Assembly (NCBI RefSeq): GCF_963921235.1
Contig: NC_086108.1
Location: 43,154,001-43,218,000 of the forward strand
Length of the DNA stretch: 64,000 nt
Origin: Mobula hypostoma
Taxonomy: Eukaryota
Reading direction: 5' to 3'
The translations under genes and the position numbers were made by a program. The notes under the pieces are model-generated. The model was given only the letters and a program-made list of their open reading frames with translations. It had not been told where the DNA came from and did no database searches. This document shows, piece by piece, positions 46,956 to 61,744 of the stretch (the stretch's first letter is position 1; each line of letters begins with the position of its first letter).

Positions 46956-47895
46956 CTACGATTTAATTTTCCAGTGTTGGGTTTCTACAGAGTTTGACTT
47001 ACCAGGCATTACTCATTTAACACACTCAGACCTTCAAAAATTTCTCCTATAGTGTATTTACACCTGGATAACGTATAGAAAATCCACCTTTCTCTGGCAT
47101 AGCATCTGATTTATCCAGTGCCTGTTACATCTGTTAACATACTTAAAAGTCCTGACTGGTTACATATAGCCTTAAATACACAGAACAAGACAAAGGACCA
47201 AATCAATATGTTGAAAAATGAATGCTCTGATGTCAATGTCCTTCAGGCAACTGTAGCATACAAATGAGGGGGAGAGATGAACAACTATACAAGACTGAAA
47301 AAAAGAAAAATAGAAATACCGAGCGTTTAATTACATCAGGAATAAAATACATATTAACAATGCAATGCCATATAGCCCATTAGAATAACGATATTTTCCT
47401 TCAATATTGGCATGACACTAGTGTTAGCTGCAACTTAGATGTAAGAGTCTGCATTTAAGAAATTGTTTCCCAAGAAATTCTATTACATAGCGTATTCAAT
47501 GTGTTCTATGTGTTCAATGTGATTACATGTGTTCAATGCCGTCTAACAAGAGACAGGAGATTTTCTTACTCCATCACATATTTTGTTTCTAATCAGATCC
47601 CTGATACTTGTTTTTCTCTGATTCATTCAGCCGCACATTCCTGCATTTAAGTTTAGTTTAATGAAATTTTAGCATTATTAAGCAGGGTAACTGTATGTTT
47701 GAGATAATACAAGTTGTAACACTGCCTATTAATGCTGACAATTTTATGGTTGATTTACAATAATTAAATTTGAATGTTTTTGATGTTGAGTCAGTCTGCT
47801 TAATAAGCTCACAGCTTAAAATCTGAATTTTAAATGTTTACACTTTTACTAAATTCTGCAAAACCAATGTAAATTGAAAATACAATTTCCTTTCA

Positions 47896-48036
<141 letters not shown>

Positions 48037-49078
48037 TTAACATACATTAACAGTATCAGTGCAGAGATAGGGTAATTTTTGTTTTGCTCAGCATGATCAG
48101 TTTTTTTTTTAAACGGACATAGCCAAGATTTGTAATCATGCATGCCTTTACCAAATAGCATTCCAGTATTCTTATATAGCACCCTGGTTTTCTCTTTATC
48201 AAGGCTATTTAGAGTTAGCCAAAACCTAAACCTTATTACTTATAGGTGGGGAAAACAGAAACAAAAGGCAGTGCTCACTCAGGTACTAGTATTTTGCTGT
48301 ATTTCAATGCCTTGTTTGGAAACTATCTTTCAGTCACAGTTTGCTAAGCCATTCAGAAGGGGTATCCAATGCTAAACTTTCTAACATAAATAGGACTGCC
48401 AGCACTAAGTCATAGGCTAACGCCACACAATCTGTATTTCCAGAAAACAAAAGGTCCACTTATTTGGTTTAAACAATTACAGTTCACAACCTAGATAAAA
48501 GAACATGTAATTCTCAAAGAAAAATGTCTCTTAAGTGCAGAAAATGGCAATGAAAAGTGATGAAATTATAAAAAAATAATAAAGCTGTGCATAGAGGGAA
48601 CTGGAAAAGTTTTCAAGGGACATAGCGGCATATACGTTTGTAGTAGTACTTCTTCCCAATACAGGTCTTAAAAAATAACATACAAATGGCACATCAATGG
48701 CAGATCAGGTGTGACTTTAAGGAAATCCCAGCCATTTTAATGATTTTTTTCCTACACAGAGGAAAAGGGAAAAACAACCAAGGCAGTGTAATGAGAGGAA
48801 ATAATCTTGAAATTTGTTATACTCAATAAAAAGATGAGATGTATAGCCAGGAATTGATGGGTCTATCCTAGACCTTTAAAAGAAACTGATGAGAAAATTA
48901 AAGACATAACTTAAAGTTCCCTACATTCAAATATTACAAAATGTCCATGTGAAGAACTTACTGGCTTGGCCTTCAACCTTTGTTCTCATCAGTCAATAAT
49001 TTTCTACTAGGTAAAATGAATTAGCTAGAAATTACTGATTACCAAGTTCATATAGAACAAATAGTTTCTAGTACTTTA

Positions 49079-49234
<156 letters not shown>

Positions 49235-50039
49235 TTAAGTAGAAAAATAAGAGCATTTTAGTAAATAAATGCTAAGTACGTTACTGCTTTTAGAAATTCT
49301 GATGGCTTTGTGTAGATATTTTTGTAGGTTTTCATCTGTCATCCACTGCACTATTTAACCATGTAATAATTATATTTTTTGTACCTTGCTATTGTCAGAG
49401 GTCCTGAAACACCATCAACCTCGCTGGGTTCTCCCGAGACACATTGCTTGACCTATTGAGTATTTTCAGCTTTCCCCCACCCCTCCAGATTCGTCATCAT
49501 TTGCAGTTTTTTTTGTTAATTTTTTATTACCGTCACATTTGTAACGCTCTGTTGAATTCAGCTCTATACTTCAATATTTTTTAAAGTTTTACTTCTAGTG
49601 ATTACAAACAGTAATAATTCTAGCAAGACTCCCAGAAAGTTGAAATTGGAATTTTCCTCTTGATTACTGTGCCTTATTTGTAATTGCTTTTGGTTGATCC
49701 AGAGCACTTCAGTTCAACAGGAGAAAAGCGAAAATTAACTTTTACTATGGGACTTTTATCCTCTCTCTTTACCAAGATTCCTAAAGCTGGATTGAAAAAG
49801 AAAGTGGAAGCAGTCATTTGGTTCTGCCACAATAATGATATGCAGAAAGGGAAATTAGTTTTACTTGGAGGTTCAAAATGATGTATTAACTGAGCATGTA
49901 AAGGACGATGTGAAAATAGAAAACTTTTAAAGGAAAAACTGGCAGAAGTAACTGAATGAAATGCAAGGTGGACTGTAATAAAATAACACAAATGTGATTG
50001 GGAAATTTGGAAGAAATTGAGAAAATTATTTCTTTGTTA

Positions 50040-50186
<147 letters not shown>

Positions 50187-51179
50187 CTAAGCAAGTGAAG
50201 GACATTTACAAAAAGAAAATTTAATCCTACACTTTCTTTTTCAACAATTGCAAAAACAAAAAAAACATTCACAGCTAACGTTAACAAAACAAATTTTTTT
50301 ACCTAGCCCTAAATCTCCATAGTGAACCATTGCACATGAAACATATTTTGCATGGAGGCTAGGATCAAAACACAATGTAGTTTGTTTGGAGCACGGTCAA
50401 GCAGATTTTATGCTCATTCCATGTGCTCCATTGAACATGAAGTTCCAGGAGATGATTTGGTCCCATAATCTGAGTTGTTGGGCCAATTACATAACCATAT
50501 CCAGTAATGGTGTGTGAATGTTTACAAATTTGTGCACAGGTTATTTTTAAATCAATTATCCATAGCCGTTAAATAGCTTATATAACAATGACCAATCTGA
50601 AACAAGAGTGTTCAAAGAACCAATGTGGTAAATTGAGTTGCCAGGATACATTTGTAGGGCAGAGAAAATAATAGAAGAAACAAGCTGTAATGCCTTGAAT
50701 AATCATGCAGACAGTCTCAAATTCTTTAATCATTTCCAAGTTCATTCCATTCATTGCATAATAGTGCCATTTAAACCCACCTATTCTTGGCATTCAACTT
50801 CCTGTGAGATACCAGTGTCCAGAAATTTATTTGGACCAGCCATATAAATACTGCAGTTATGACTGCAGATTCCATGCTGGGCATCATAACAGCAACTGAC
50901 TCATCTCCTGACCCCTGCAAAGCCTTCCTACCATCAACAAGCACAAGTCGTCACTGTGATAGAATAAGCCCTACATGCCTAATGTGTTTATCTCCTTCAA
51001 CATTTTCAAACTTGATTTCATCTAAGGCAAGGTAGTCCATTTGATTGGCACCTTACGTACCGCCATAATTATCGATTCCTTCCATCTCCGGTGCACGGTG
51101 CCCACAGATTTCCCTCCAACGATACCTTGCCTAAGATACCCCAAATCCATGACTGCTAATACCAGGAACAAGGTATTCT

Positions 51180-51790
51180 CATTCAGGAGGCAGCAGTGGA
51201 AAGGGTAAGCAGCTTCAAGTTCCTGAGTATCAACATCTCGGAGGATCTATCCTGGGCAATCACAAAAAACCACAATAGTAGCTATACTTTATTAGAAGTT
51301 TGAGGAGATCTGGTATGTCACCAAAGTCTTTAGTGAAGACTTCTAGAGATGCCCCATGGAGAACATTCTGACTGGTTGCATCACTGCCTGGTATGGAGAC
51401 TCTAATGAACAGGATCACAAGAGGCTATAGAGGGTTGTGGACTCAGCCAACTCCAAACGAGCCTCCCCACCTTCAAGGACACCTCCACAAGGTGCTGCTT
51501 CAAGTAGGCAGCATCCATCATCAAGTACCTTCACCATCTGGGACATGCCTTCTTCTCATTGCTACCATCAGGACGGAGGTTCAGGAGACTGAAGATGTTT
51601 TGGGAACAGCTTTTTCTCCTCCACCATCAGATTTCTGAATGCTGTTTGAATCCATGAACACTGCCTCATTGTTCCACCTTTGTATAATTTTTTTTGCTGT
51701 AACGTAGGTTTTTTTTTAAATGTCTTGCACTGTAGTGCTGTCACAAAACAACTAATTTCATGACATGTCAGTGGTAACAATTTTGATTCC
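51180..51790 (+). mobile_element. Rex1/Babar-type LINE 3' fragment
   Basis: SSFKFLSINISEDLSW, NILTGCITAWYG and LLPSG-like segments; tail like other copies. Confidence 0.7.
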
Positions 51791-52532
51791 ATCAGTAGGT
51801 CTACATCCTGGAAGATCCTACCCACCAGCATTGTGGGACTACCATCATCCAGCAGCTCCCCAGGCCCTTCTCAAGAGCAATAAGGGTTGGACATTAATTA
51901 TCTACAACACAAAAACAGAGTAAAAAAGAAAAATATGGACAAGACTGTAGATTCTAGAAATTCTAAAATAACAACATAAAAGGTCAAATTAATATTTTTG
52001 CTCAACACTATCCTAGCTTCTTTCAAATAGATGTTGTTTGGTGTCAGGTGAATACAGTAGTTCCAGCAATGTTTAGAATTTTGTATGAATTTGGATTTTT
52101 TTGTATTAATTTGCCAAAGCATTTATGTCAGTCCAAACTAAGCTACAAAACTACCAGCTCTCTAGAAAGGAGCCCTGAAAATGTATTGGAGTGCATAATC
52201 CTCCTTCCTGAGATTTCATTCCAAAGTACAGAATAGTTACGGTAGTGAGGCAAACTACTGAGTCAAGTCCAGTCAATTAGTGTCATTGCAAACTTTCTCC
52301 AGGATTCTGCAAATTCTTCTTTCAGATATTTATCCAGTTTCCTGTTGAACACCACGATTTATATTGCCTCTACAAAGACACCTGGCAAAGCATTCCGGGA
52401 CATAATCAGTCACTGCAATAAAAAAATCCTCTTGCCTTTTGTTCTTTGCCGATTATCATTATTCTACATGACTTCTATGCCAATGGAGATAGTTTCTCTC
52501 TTCTCAGGAGCTTAAACACCTCTATCATTTAT

Positions 52533-54790
52533 AGTCATATAACAATACAGCATAGAAACAGGCCCTTTAGCCCATCTACATAACCATATAACAATTACAG
52601 CACGGAAACAGGCCATCTCGGCCCTTCTAGTCCGTGCCGAACGCTTACTCTCACCTAGTCCCACTGACCTGCACTCAGCCCATAACCCTCCATTCCTTTC
52701 CTGTCCATATACCTATCCAATTTTACTTTAAATGACAATATCGAACCTGCCTCTACCACTTCTGCTGGAAGCTCGTTCCACACAGCTACCACTCTCTAAG
52801 TAAAGAAGTTCCCCCTCCTGTTACCCCTAAACTTTTGCCCCCTAACTCTCAACTCATGTCCTCTTGTTTGAATCTCCCCAACTCTCAATGGAAAAAGCCT
52901 ATCCACGTCAACTCTATCTATCCCCCTCATAATTTTAAATACCTCTATTAAGTCCCCCCTCAACCTTCTACGCTCCAAAGAATAAAGACCTAACTTGTTC
53001 AACCTTGTTTTGTAACTTAGGTGCTGAAACCCAGGCAACATTCTACTAAATCTTCTCTGTACTCTCTCTATTTTGTTGACATCTTTCCTATAAATCGGTG
53101 ACCAGAACTGTACACAGTACTCCAAATTTGGCCTTACCAATGCCTTGTACAATTTTAATATTACATTCCAACTCCTTTACTCAATGCTCTGATTTATAAA
53201 GGCCAGCATACCAAAAGATTTCTTCACCACCCTATCCACATGAGATTCCACCTTCAGGGAACTATACACCATTATTCCTAGATCCTTCTGTTCTACTGCA
53301 TTCTTCAATGCCCTACCATTTAGTATGTATGTCCTATTTTGATTAGTCCTACCAAAATGTAGCACCTCAATTTATCAGCATTAAACTCCATCAGCCATCT
53401 TTCAGCCCACTTACTGGCCCAAATCTCTCTGCAAGCTTTGAAAACCTACTTCATTATCCACAATGCCACCTATCTTAGTATCATCTGCATACTTACTAAT
53501 CCAATTTACCACCCCATCATCCAGATCATGAATGTATATGACAAACAACATTGGACCCAGTACAGATCCCTGAGGCACACCACCAGTCACTGGCCTCCAA
53601 TCTGACAAACATTTATCCACCATTACTCTCTGGCGTCTCCCATCCAGCCACTGCTGAATCCATTTTACTACTTCAATATTGATACCTAACGATTGAACCC
53701 TCCTAACTAACCTTCCGTGTGGAACCTTATCAAAGGCTTTACTGAAGTCCATATAGACAACATCCGCTGCTTTACCCTCGTCAACTTTCCTAGTAACCTC
53801 TTCAAAAAATTCAATAAGATTTGTCAAACATGACCTTCCACACACAAATCCATGTTGACTGTTCCTAATCAGACCCTGTCTATCCAGATAATTATATATA
53901 CCATCTCTAAGAATACTTTCCATCAATTTACCCACCACTGACGTCAAACTCACAGGCCGATAATTGCTAGGTTTACTCTTAGAACCCTTTTTAAACAATG
54001 GAACAACATGAGCAATACGCCAATCCTCCAGCACCGTCCCCATTTATAATGACATTTGAAATACTTCTGTCACAGCCCCTATTTCTACACTAACTTCCCT
54101 CAAGGTCCTAGGGAATATCCTGTCAGGACATAGAGACTTATGCACTTTTATATTCCTTAAAAGCGCCAGTACTTCCTCTGCTTTAATCATCATAGTTTCC
54201 ACAACTTCCCTACCTGTTTCCCGTACCTTACACAATTCAATTTCCTTCTCCTTAGTGAATACCGAAGAAATTGTTCAATATCTCCCCCATCTCTTTTGGT
54301 TCCACACATAGCTGTCCACTCTGATTCTCTAAGGGACCAATTTTATCCCTCACTATCCTTTTGCTATTAATATAACAATAGAAACCCTTTGGATTTACTT
54401 TCACCTTACTTGCCAAAGCAACCTCGTATCTTTTAGCTTTTATAATTTCCTTCTTAAGATTATTTTTACATTCTTTATATTCCTCAAGCACTTCATTTAC
54501 TCCATGCTGCCTATATTTATTGTAGATATCTTTTTCGGAACCAAGTTTCCAATATCCCTTGAAAACCATGGCTCTCTCAAACTTTTAACCTTTCCTTTCA
54601 AGCTAACAGGAACATAAAGATTCTGTACCCTCAAAATTTCACCTTTAAATTACCTCCATTTCTCTATTACATCCTTCCCATAAAACAATTTGTCCCAATC
54701 CAATCCTTCTAAATCCCTTTGCATCCCTTCAAAGTTAGCCTTTTTCCAATCAAAAATCTCAACCCTGGGTCCAGACCTATCCTATCATAT
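52533..54790 (-). mobile_element. CR1 LINE ORF2 (RT to tail), several frameshifts, in LRRC39 intron
   Basis: ORFs 52796..53152, 53177..53365, 53411..54043 (YMDFSKAFD, GVPQGSVLGP, KYADD) and 54044..54569. Confidence 0.93.
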
Positions 54791-54794
54791 CTAG

Positions 54795-55265
54795 GCAAAC
54801 ACGAGGAAATCTGCAGATGCTGGGATTTCAAACAACACACACAAAAGTTGCTGGTGAACGCTGCAGGCCAGGCAGCATCTCCAGGAAGAGGTACAGTCGA
54901 CGTTTCGGGCCGAGACCCTTCATCAGGACTAACTGAAAGAAGAGCTAGTAAGGGATTTGAAAGTGGGAGGGGGAGAGGAGATCAGAAATGATAGGAGAAG
55001 ACAGGAGGGGGAGGGATAGAGCCAAGAGCTGGACAGTTGATTGGCAAAAGGGATATGAGAGGATCATGGGACAGGAGGCCTAGGGAGAAAGAAAAGGGGG
55101 GGAGCCTGAAGGATGGGCAAAGGGTATAGTGAGGGGGACAGAGGGAGAAAAAGGAGAGAGAGAAAAATAATGTGTGTATATAAATAAATAATGGATGGGG
55201 TACGAGGGGGAGGTGGAGCATTAGCGGAAGTTTGAGAAGTCAATGTTCACGCCATCAGGTTGGAA
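54795..55265 (-). mobile_element. PLE 3' fragment with hammerhead at 54895-54930
   Basis: Near-identical to 8594-9060 and to the reverse complement of 43580-44051. Confidence 0.92.
54895..54930 (-). ncRNA. Minimal type-I hammerhead ribozyme motif, best-formed copy
   Basis: AGUC-CUGAUGA-A-GGGU-CUCG-GCCC-GAAA-CGUC-GACU. Confidence 0.78.
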
Positions 55266-55269
55266 GCAA

Positions 55270-55520
55270 AATCCTTATAGATTTTCTCTGCACTCCTTCA
55301 TTCTTATTGATATCTTTTCTGTTGGTAGGTGACCAGAAATGCACACAAAACTTTAAATCAGGCCTTATCAATGTCTTATACAACTTCAACAAAACATCTC
55401 AATCCCTGTACTCAATACTTTGACTTATGAAGGCCTGTATGCCAAAAGCTCTCTTTATCTCCCTGAGATACCACTTTCAAGGAATTATGAATCTCTACTC
55501 CCTGATCCCTCTGTTTTACT
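55270..55520 (-). mobile_element. CR1 fragment
   Basis: Minus strand encodes LLKLYKTLIRPDLKFCVHFWSPT. Confidence 0.7.
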
Positions 55521-56547
55521 TTTTGGAGCTACTCCTTTTCCAAGAAGATCAGCCCCAGCTTCTCCAGCCATCCACCCAACTCCTCATCCCTGGAATCAAT
55601 TCAGAAAATTTCTCTGCATTCTCTCCAAATCCTTCACATATTTCCAAAAACGTGACACACCCAGAAATGGATACAATTTTCCATTTGTAACTGAATCAGC
55701 ATCTTATAAAAGTTCATCTCAACTTCCTTGCTCTTATACTCTATTCCCCCATTTATAAATGCAAAATCCCATCTTTTTTCTTATACCCTTTTATAACAGT
55801 GCCCTCTAGTTTCAATTGTCTCCTCATTCTTCCCATTTCACACATCTCAGTATTAAATTTCATCTGCCACTTATCCACCTGTCCTAGCTCCTATTCTGTC
55901 ATCTGCAGATTTGAAAATTATACTCTGCTTGTAGATATCCAAATCATAAGTCTGTATTAAAAGGAACAATGCCATTATATTGCTTATCTTAGTACACATT
56001 ATATCACTTCCCTCCAGTCCTAAAATCTTATCACAGATACTTTTAACCAATTTCTATCAGTGCTGCTACAGCCCATTTTATTTGATAGCCTTATCAATCA
56101 AATGCCTTCAAAGTTCAGAAATATTACATAAATTGTATTTCCTCACACTGAGAATGTATTGAGATATGCACACATTTTGGACATGGAGTCACAGAACATT
56201 CACTGATTTGATGTTATACTAGAATTAGATGTATTAAATGAGCTACAAAATCCTGAAGATGAAAGTCCTCCTCACCCAGGGATTGCACAAACCCTTTCAT
56301 TAATAAGTCTCAGAAAAATACCCGAAAATAGTGCACTTATAATCATGGTTCTTAAACCACAAACATTTGCCAAAGAACTCTGATATTTACACATAATTAA
56401 AGATGGCACCATTCTGCTACATAACTGATAAGATTACAAGTCCCTGACACTTCTGTGCATGAAAGTACATTTAAGCAGCCTGCAGTTTCTTTTTTCTCTG
56501 ATACAAAGAAATGAGTAAAAGAAATGAGTAAAAGAAGCAGCACTTGC

Positions 56548-56684
56548 CTGTTCAGGTAAGTTACAGAGATCTCTGTTTACAGCTAGGTCCAGTTTCTCCA
56601 GGTTTATGCAGCTCGCAAGCTCTCGAGGTACTTGCCGTAGTCTGTTATAGCTGACATACAGCTCGCGCAGTTTGGTCAGTTGAC
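56548..56684 (-). CDS. LRRC39: LRRC39 internal exon (GQLTKLRELYVSYNRLRQVPRELASCINLEKLDLAVNRDLCNLPEQ)
   Basis: Acceptor cttcccatgcag; 137 nt; ends at a GC donor, CAG|gcaagt. Confidence 0.9.
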
Positions 56685-57829
56685 CTGCATGGGAAGAGAG
56701 TGATAATCTGAAGTTCAACTGCTACTGTTACCATTTAATCTTCACTATTAAAAAATAAAGTTGAAGTAACTTGTTCTGATTCTACACAATTAACATTAAT
56801 AGCATACAAATTGTTGCAGAGTTTCTTACATAAAGTCTCCCTACAAATTCTTTTAAATTTTCAAAAGGACTTTACAAACTATTATGTTCACAATTAGGGC
56901 ATTTAAATTCAGCAATTAATGCTCACAGCTGAATATATAAATTAAATCGAATCATTTCTATATTAAAAATATGAATATATTTTAAGCAAATAATGTGAGT
57001 AATCATTTTGACTTGTAATGTGATTAAGTTTAGAGCTGCTCAATTTCTTGGCAAAGTCGTAACTGATTTCTTTCATGTCTCACTGGGATAAATGTAGTTT
57101 AATCAATCACGCTCCTCTAAATTGCTACCTTCAACAATGATTAAGACTAAGTGTGCATAATGATTTATTATAACTTGGCCTTAAATTTATCCAGACGTCT
57201 GCAGCACACTATACTAAACTATTAGTGGTCTCAAAACATTGTCATGAAAGTAATGTTTAATAGAGCAACAGAACCAAACCAAATGAGAAAATACACTCCA
57301 CAGGATACACTAAACTGCGGTCTGATCTGACATCCACTGGGATAATACTAGGTTGTGATCTCCATAAGGCTGATAATGGAGGTAATTGAGGGGTGTTTGT
57401 AAAAGCTGACTGAGGGAGAGCAAAGTTAGCAGTAATACCCTATAACATTTAATAGCAAACCAGTTTTCCCTGGCTAGAATCACTCAAAGAACTTTGACAA
57501 ACTATCAAGAGGTAACTGGTGTCCGTACAAATCTTACAGGAGACCACCCGCAGTAAGAACAGGGACGGGAAATCAGGTTGAATAAATTCATTATATTGAG
57601 CATCATTAAAGATAGTATATTCTATATATCGATGTGGTATTCTGTTGGAATAAAGTTTGCGACACTGAATAATGGCCGTTAGTCATCAAGGACAACCTCT
57701 CTGGCACTGACCTGAATTCCTCTCTCAGCCTGTAACTGCAAACCTTAGATAAACAAACCAGTGCTATGGTCTGCTGAGAGTGACAGAAGCTGGATGGAGA
57801 AAAGATCATCTGACCAATCCAGCAGATTC

Positions 57830-58235
57830 CTTCGCAGACATTGCCCAAGTGCTTTTGGCACTCAACTTCACTCGCCCCTTCACTGAACTGTTCCCACACC
57901 TGTGGACTCACTTTCAAGGACTCGTGTTCTTGATATTTATTGCTTCTGTATTTATTATTACTATTTTTTCCTCTTTTTGTATTTGTACAGTTGTACACTG
58001 GTTGTTTGTCCTATCCTATTGGGTCCAGTCTTTCATTGGGTTTATTGTGTTTCTTCACTTACTGTGAAGGCCTGCAAGAAAATGAATCTCAGGGTTGCAT
58101 ATAGATAGATACTTTATTGATCCCAAAGGAAATTAGCGTCACAGTAGCATTACCAGTGCACAGATATTTTAGAAGGGAAGTAAAAAAAATTTAATAAGTA
58201 TATGTACTTTGATAATAAATTTACTTTGAACTTTA
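57830..58235 (+). mobile_element. Rex1-type LINE 3' UTR and tail
   Basis: Matches the 37170-37392 tail (aatgaatctcagggttg..tttgataataaatttactttgaacttt). Confidence 0.65.
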
Positions 58236-58863
58236 TTTCCAACTGCTGGATCTTAAGCCTGAGTAAAATGGTAATGTGGCAACAGATTCATGTAAAGGGA
58301 TTTGATCAGTTTCTGTACTAAAACCCCAGGTTTGTACTTTGTGTACATGCACAATTTTGGCATTTGCCTTTGATGTCCAATCAGCAGTAGTGCCAGAGAT
58401 GGCTTTATTGAATAATATAATTATTATTTTCCTTGTAAGATGAACATCAATGCATTTCACTTGCCTTTATAGGTAACAGGACATGTTGATTAGCTTTGTA
58501 AAAGCAAACATCTACAAGTAGAGGCATACATTATAAAACAAGCAGGCAGCAGATCTTCATTAATGGCCAGTTTAAGCCTCATAGAGCAATCTGAGGAAAA
58601 TTCTTGGCACCATATTTTGAGGAAAGCAATAAGGCCAAAGAAATAGAACGAAAGAGGATTGTTTCAGTTTTGAGGAAACATTGAAAAAGTTAAACAGAGG
58701 TCAGGAGGAGGTCTAAATGTGATTTTGAACTTCATTTGGACGTGGCCCAAGAGACGATCAAGATCCAAAGGTGAGAAGATATTTGGAAGGTGCAATCTGG
58801 AAAAAGTTGGTGAAAGAAGCTCATTATTCCCTTAATTGGGAATTTACAGGTTCAAAGAAGATA

Positions 58864-59556
58864 CAGGTCAAGTATCCCTTATCAAAAATGCTTGGGACCA
58901 GAAAGGTTTCAGATTTTGGATTTTTTTGAATTTAGGAATATATAAATGAGATAGCTTGGGATTGTCATCATTTCTGATTCTGAATTTATGTGCTACCGGT
59001 AAGCAGTTTTTGTCTTTAACCTGTTCTTCACACATATGTACTGATACAGCCATTCAGCATGTTAGATTATCATCAGCGGAGATCTTGGCAAGCTCAATGG
59101 ATTTCTCTGTTGCTTCATGATCAGCAGATGCTTTATCTCCACAAATCTTAAAATTTTAATGCCGTACCTTTTCTTAAATTTCTGCAACCAGTCTGCTGAA
59201 TATTCACAATTACCTTCAATTTTCAGTTCATTTTGATAGATCTTTGCTTGTTTCATGATCAGCATACTATTAAGTGTAAATGTTCACCCTGATGCTGTCG
59301 AATCTGCTACAATACAAATGATCAAGATCTTCAATTTTCTTTTTGCGCATTTTTTTTCCCCTCTATTTTTCATCAACTTCTGTTCATTACATATGTGAGG
59401 TCACTTCTCAGAATTGTTTGTGGTGCAGAGTGGCCTGCACATGAACTGGGGATTTTCTCAGCACCTTGTGGAATTTTCCATTTGTGATGTCAAGTCAGCA
59501 CTCAAAAAAAAATTGGTTTTCAGTTTTGGAATTTCAGATAAGTGGTACTCAGCCTG
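58864..59556 (-). mobile_element. Tigger (Tigger4/Zombi-like) DNA transposon, internally deleted
   Basis: TA-flanked TIRs CAGGTCAAGTATCCCTTATC and GATAAGTGGTACTCAGCCTG; ORF 59062..59265 encodes a CENP-B/Tc5 HTH (KIEGNCEYSADWLQKFKKRYGI). Confidence 0.85.
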
Positions 59557-59916
59557 TAGTATTTTGCACAAAATCATGACTAATTTAAATAATAATCATA
59601 ATTCACATTTATTGTCAAAGGTTATAAATGCCATGAAAATTAGCTTTTTGCAAGGAGCAGCTGAGTCAATTACAAACTTGACAAACATAGGTTAAACTTA
59701 ATTAACAAATTATACATAATTTACACAATAAAATGAACATAATGACATTAAGTGCTAGTTAAGAGTGAAAAAAAATACAAACTGAGATAGTGTTAGAGTT
59801 TTTCCAGCAGCCAGGGCAGGCATAACTAACATCGTTCATCGATATTGTTTAATATCTATGATGGAGTTCATGAAGAAATATATTTAGTCATCCAGACAAA
59901 ATAACCAAATATGCTA

Positions 59917-60135
<219 letters not shown>

Positions 60136-61744
60136 CTAAGAAATAAAATAACACATTAGCATCCAACATAGAAAAGCAACAAAACTCAGGAAAAATTGAA
60201 TCACAAACTTGCACCAGAACTATTTCACTCAACATGGCCCTCCATTCAACTGCAAAAAGTAAATATCTGAGTAAAATTCGAGCTGGACTAATTCTGCATG
60301 CTTTCTAAAATGGATGTTATAAGAAACCTCTGATCAGAAATATGGTCAGGTGAACCTAAAAATTAGTAAAATCTGTTTCATCTCCAGATTTATCTCTCGC
60401 CTTGAGCAGGAAGTTTAAACAAACTAAATACAGCAAATTTACTCTCTGATCACTTGAAGTAATGTTTCTTGATTTTAAAAAAACTTGACTTTCTACTTAA
60501 GGGTTCATAAATACTGTACTTCAGTGCACTTAAAGTTACTTAATTACTTGCCAAATGCAAGTCATGATTAGTCCTAAGTTACCTTTTACTTGTCTGAACA
60601 CGATTTTCCTAAACAGTTGCTTTAAATTTAAAATCTTAATATTTTTGCTGATGCTTGACTCACATTAACAAGTTGTTTTCAAGCACCTCTCTAATTGACT
60701 GACATCTCCCAGGATTATCTATCATAATTCAAGCTCATAACACTACAATCAGACTTCTGGATCTTCTCTTTAGTTTTTCTCAAACTTGAATGCATTGTTT
60801 CTTGGTAACCAGAAGAGGACATAGTACATCTTGTGCAGAACGCCATGCCAGAACTAGCATAGCACAGTTTGAATAAAACTATCTCTAATTAGTATTTTAT
60901 TATAGCTATAAATTTAGCATTCTAATTGTGTTTTATTCATTAGATGATTGTTGAGCTCATTAAGACTCTTAGGTTTCTTTGAACTTCATCATAAATCAGC
61001 ACAGTTAATTGCACACATTGCTGTGAGTCACCTGCCTGTGCTAACTCTGCTGTTCTGCTTTAATTATTCCTTTAGTGTTTGTTTATCCTGTTACTAATTT
61101 CAAGCATTCTACAAATGTGACCATCTTTCAGTCTATTTTTACATTAAAGTTATGGATAAATTTAAACAGTAATGATCCCAAATCTATGGCCAGTAATACC
61201 AAACAATCTAAAATGATCCCTCAAAACATTTTCCCTCCAATTGAGTTCTTATCCATGTTAAGTGTTTCCCTGAATTTTTCCCTGCACTGAGTTTAGAAAT
61301 AAAATTTAACATTACATGTTGCTTAGTCTTCTTGAGATCTAACCATGCAATGGAGTCAGAAAAGATCTTTCCTTTCAAATGATTCCACTCCTTTGGCCCC
61401 CGAACACTTTCTCCTCCTTTCAATCATCTGTAAAACTGGATTGCCCTAACATTAGAGACACAGAGGGGTGGAGTTTGAGTGTGCTGGGCAGCTCTTTAAA
61501 TGCAGTATGTAGACAGACGAATGAAAGAAGGAGTATTATTAGACTTTGTTATGGAAAAGGAAAATGATGTACCAATAATAAAAATCTTAAATGGCGGGGC
61601 GGGGGGGGGGGGGTTGCAGTAGGCCAGTTTCACCATCATTAGGGATGACTTGCCTAAGGTAGATTGGGAACAACTGCTTGCAGTTAAATCTACATGTTCA
61701 CAGCAGGAAGCGGAAAAAAGGGTAAATAACAAGAGTTCAAGAGC

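Noticed and set aside
46860..46960. HDV-like ribozyme at the RTE 5' end
   Set aside because: Some RTE elements have one, but I could not build the nested double pseudoknot by eye. A descriptor search would be needed.
60715..60820. Minus-strand peptide SLRKTKEKIQKSD as a possible upstream LRRC39 exon
   Set aside because: Only vague similarity; it runs into a stop, lacks the expected ending before TLP, and has no suitable donor.
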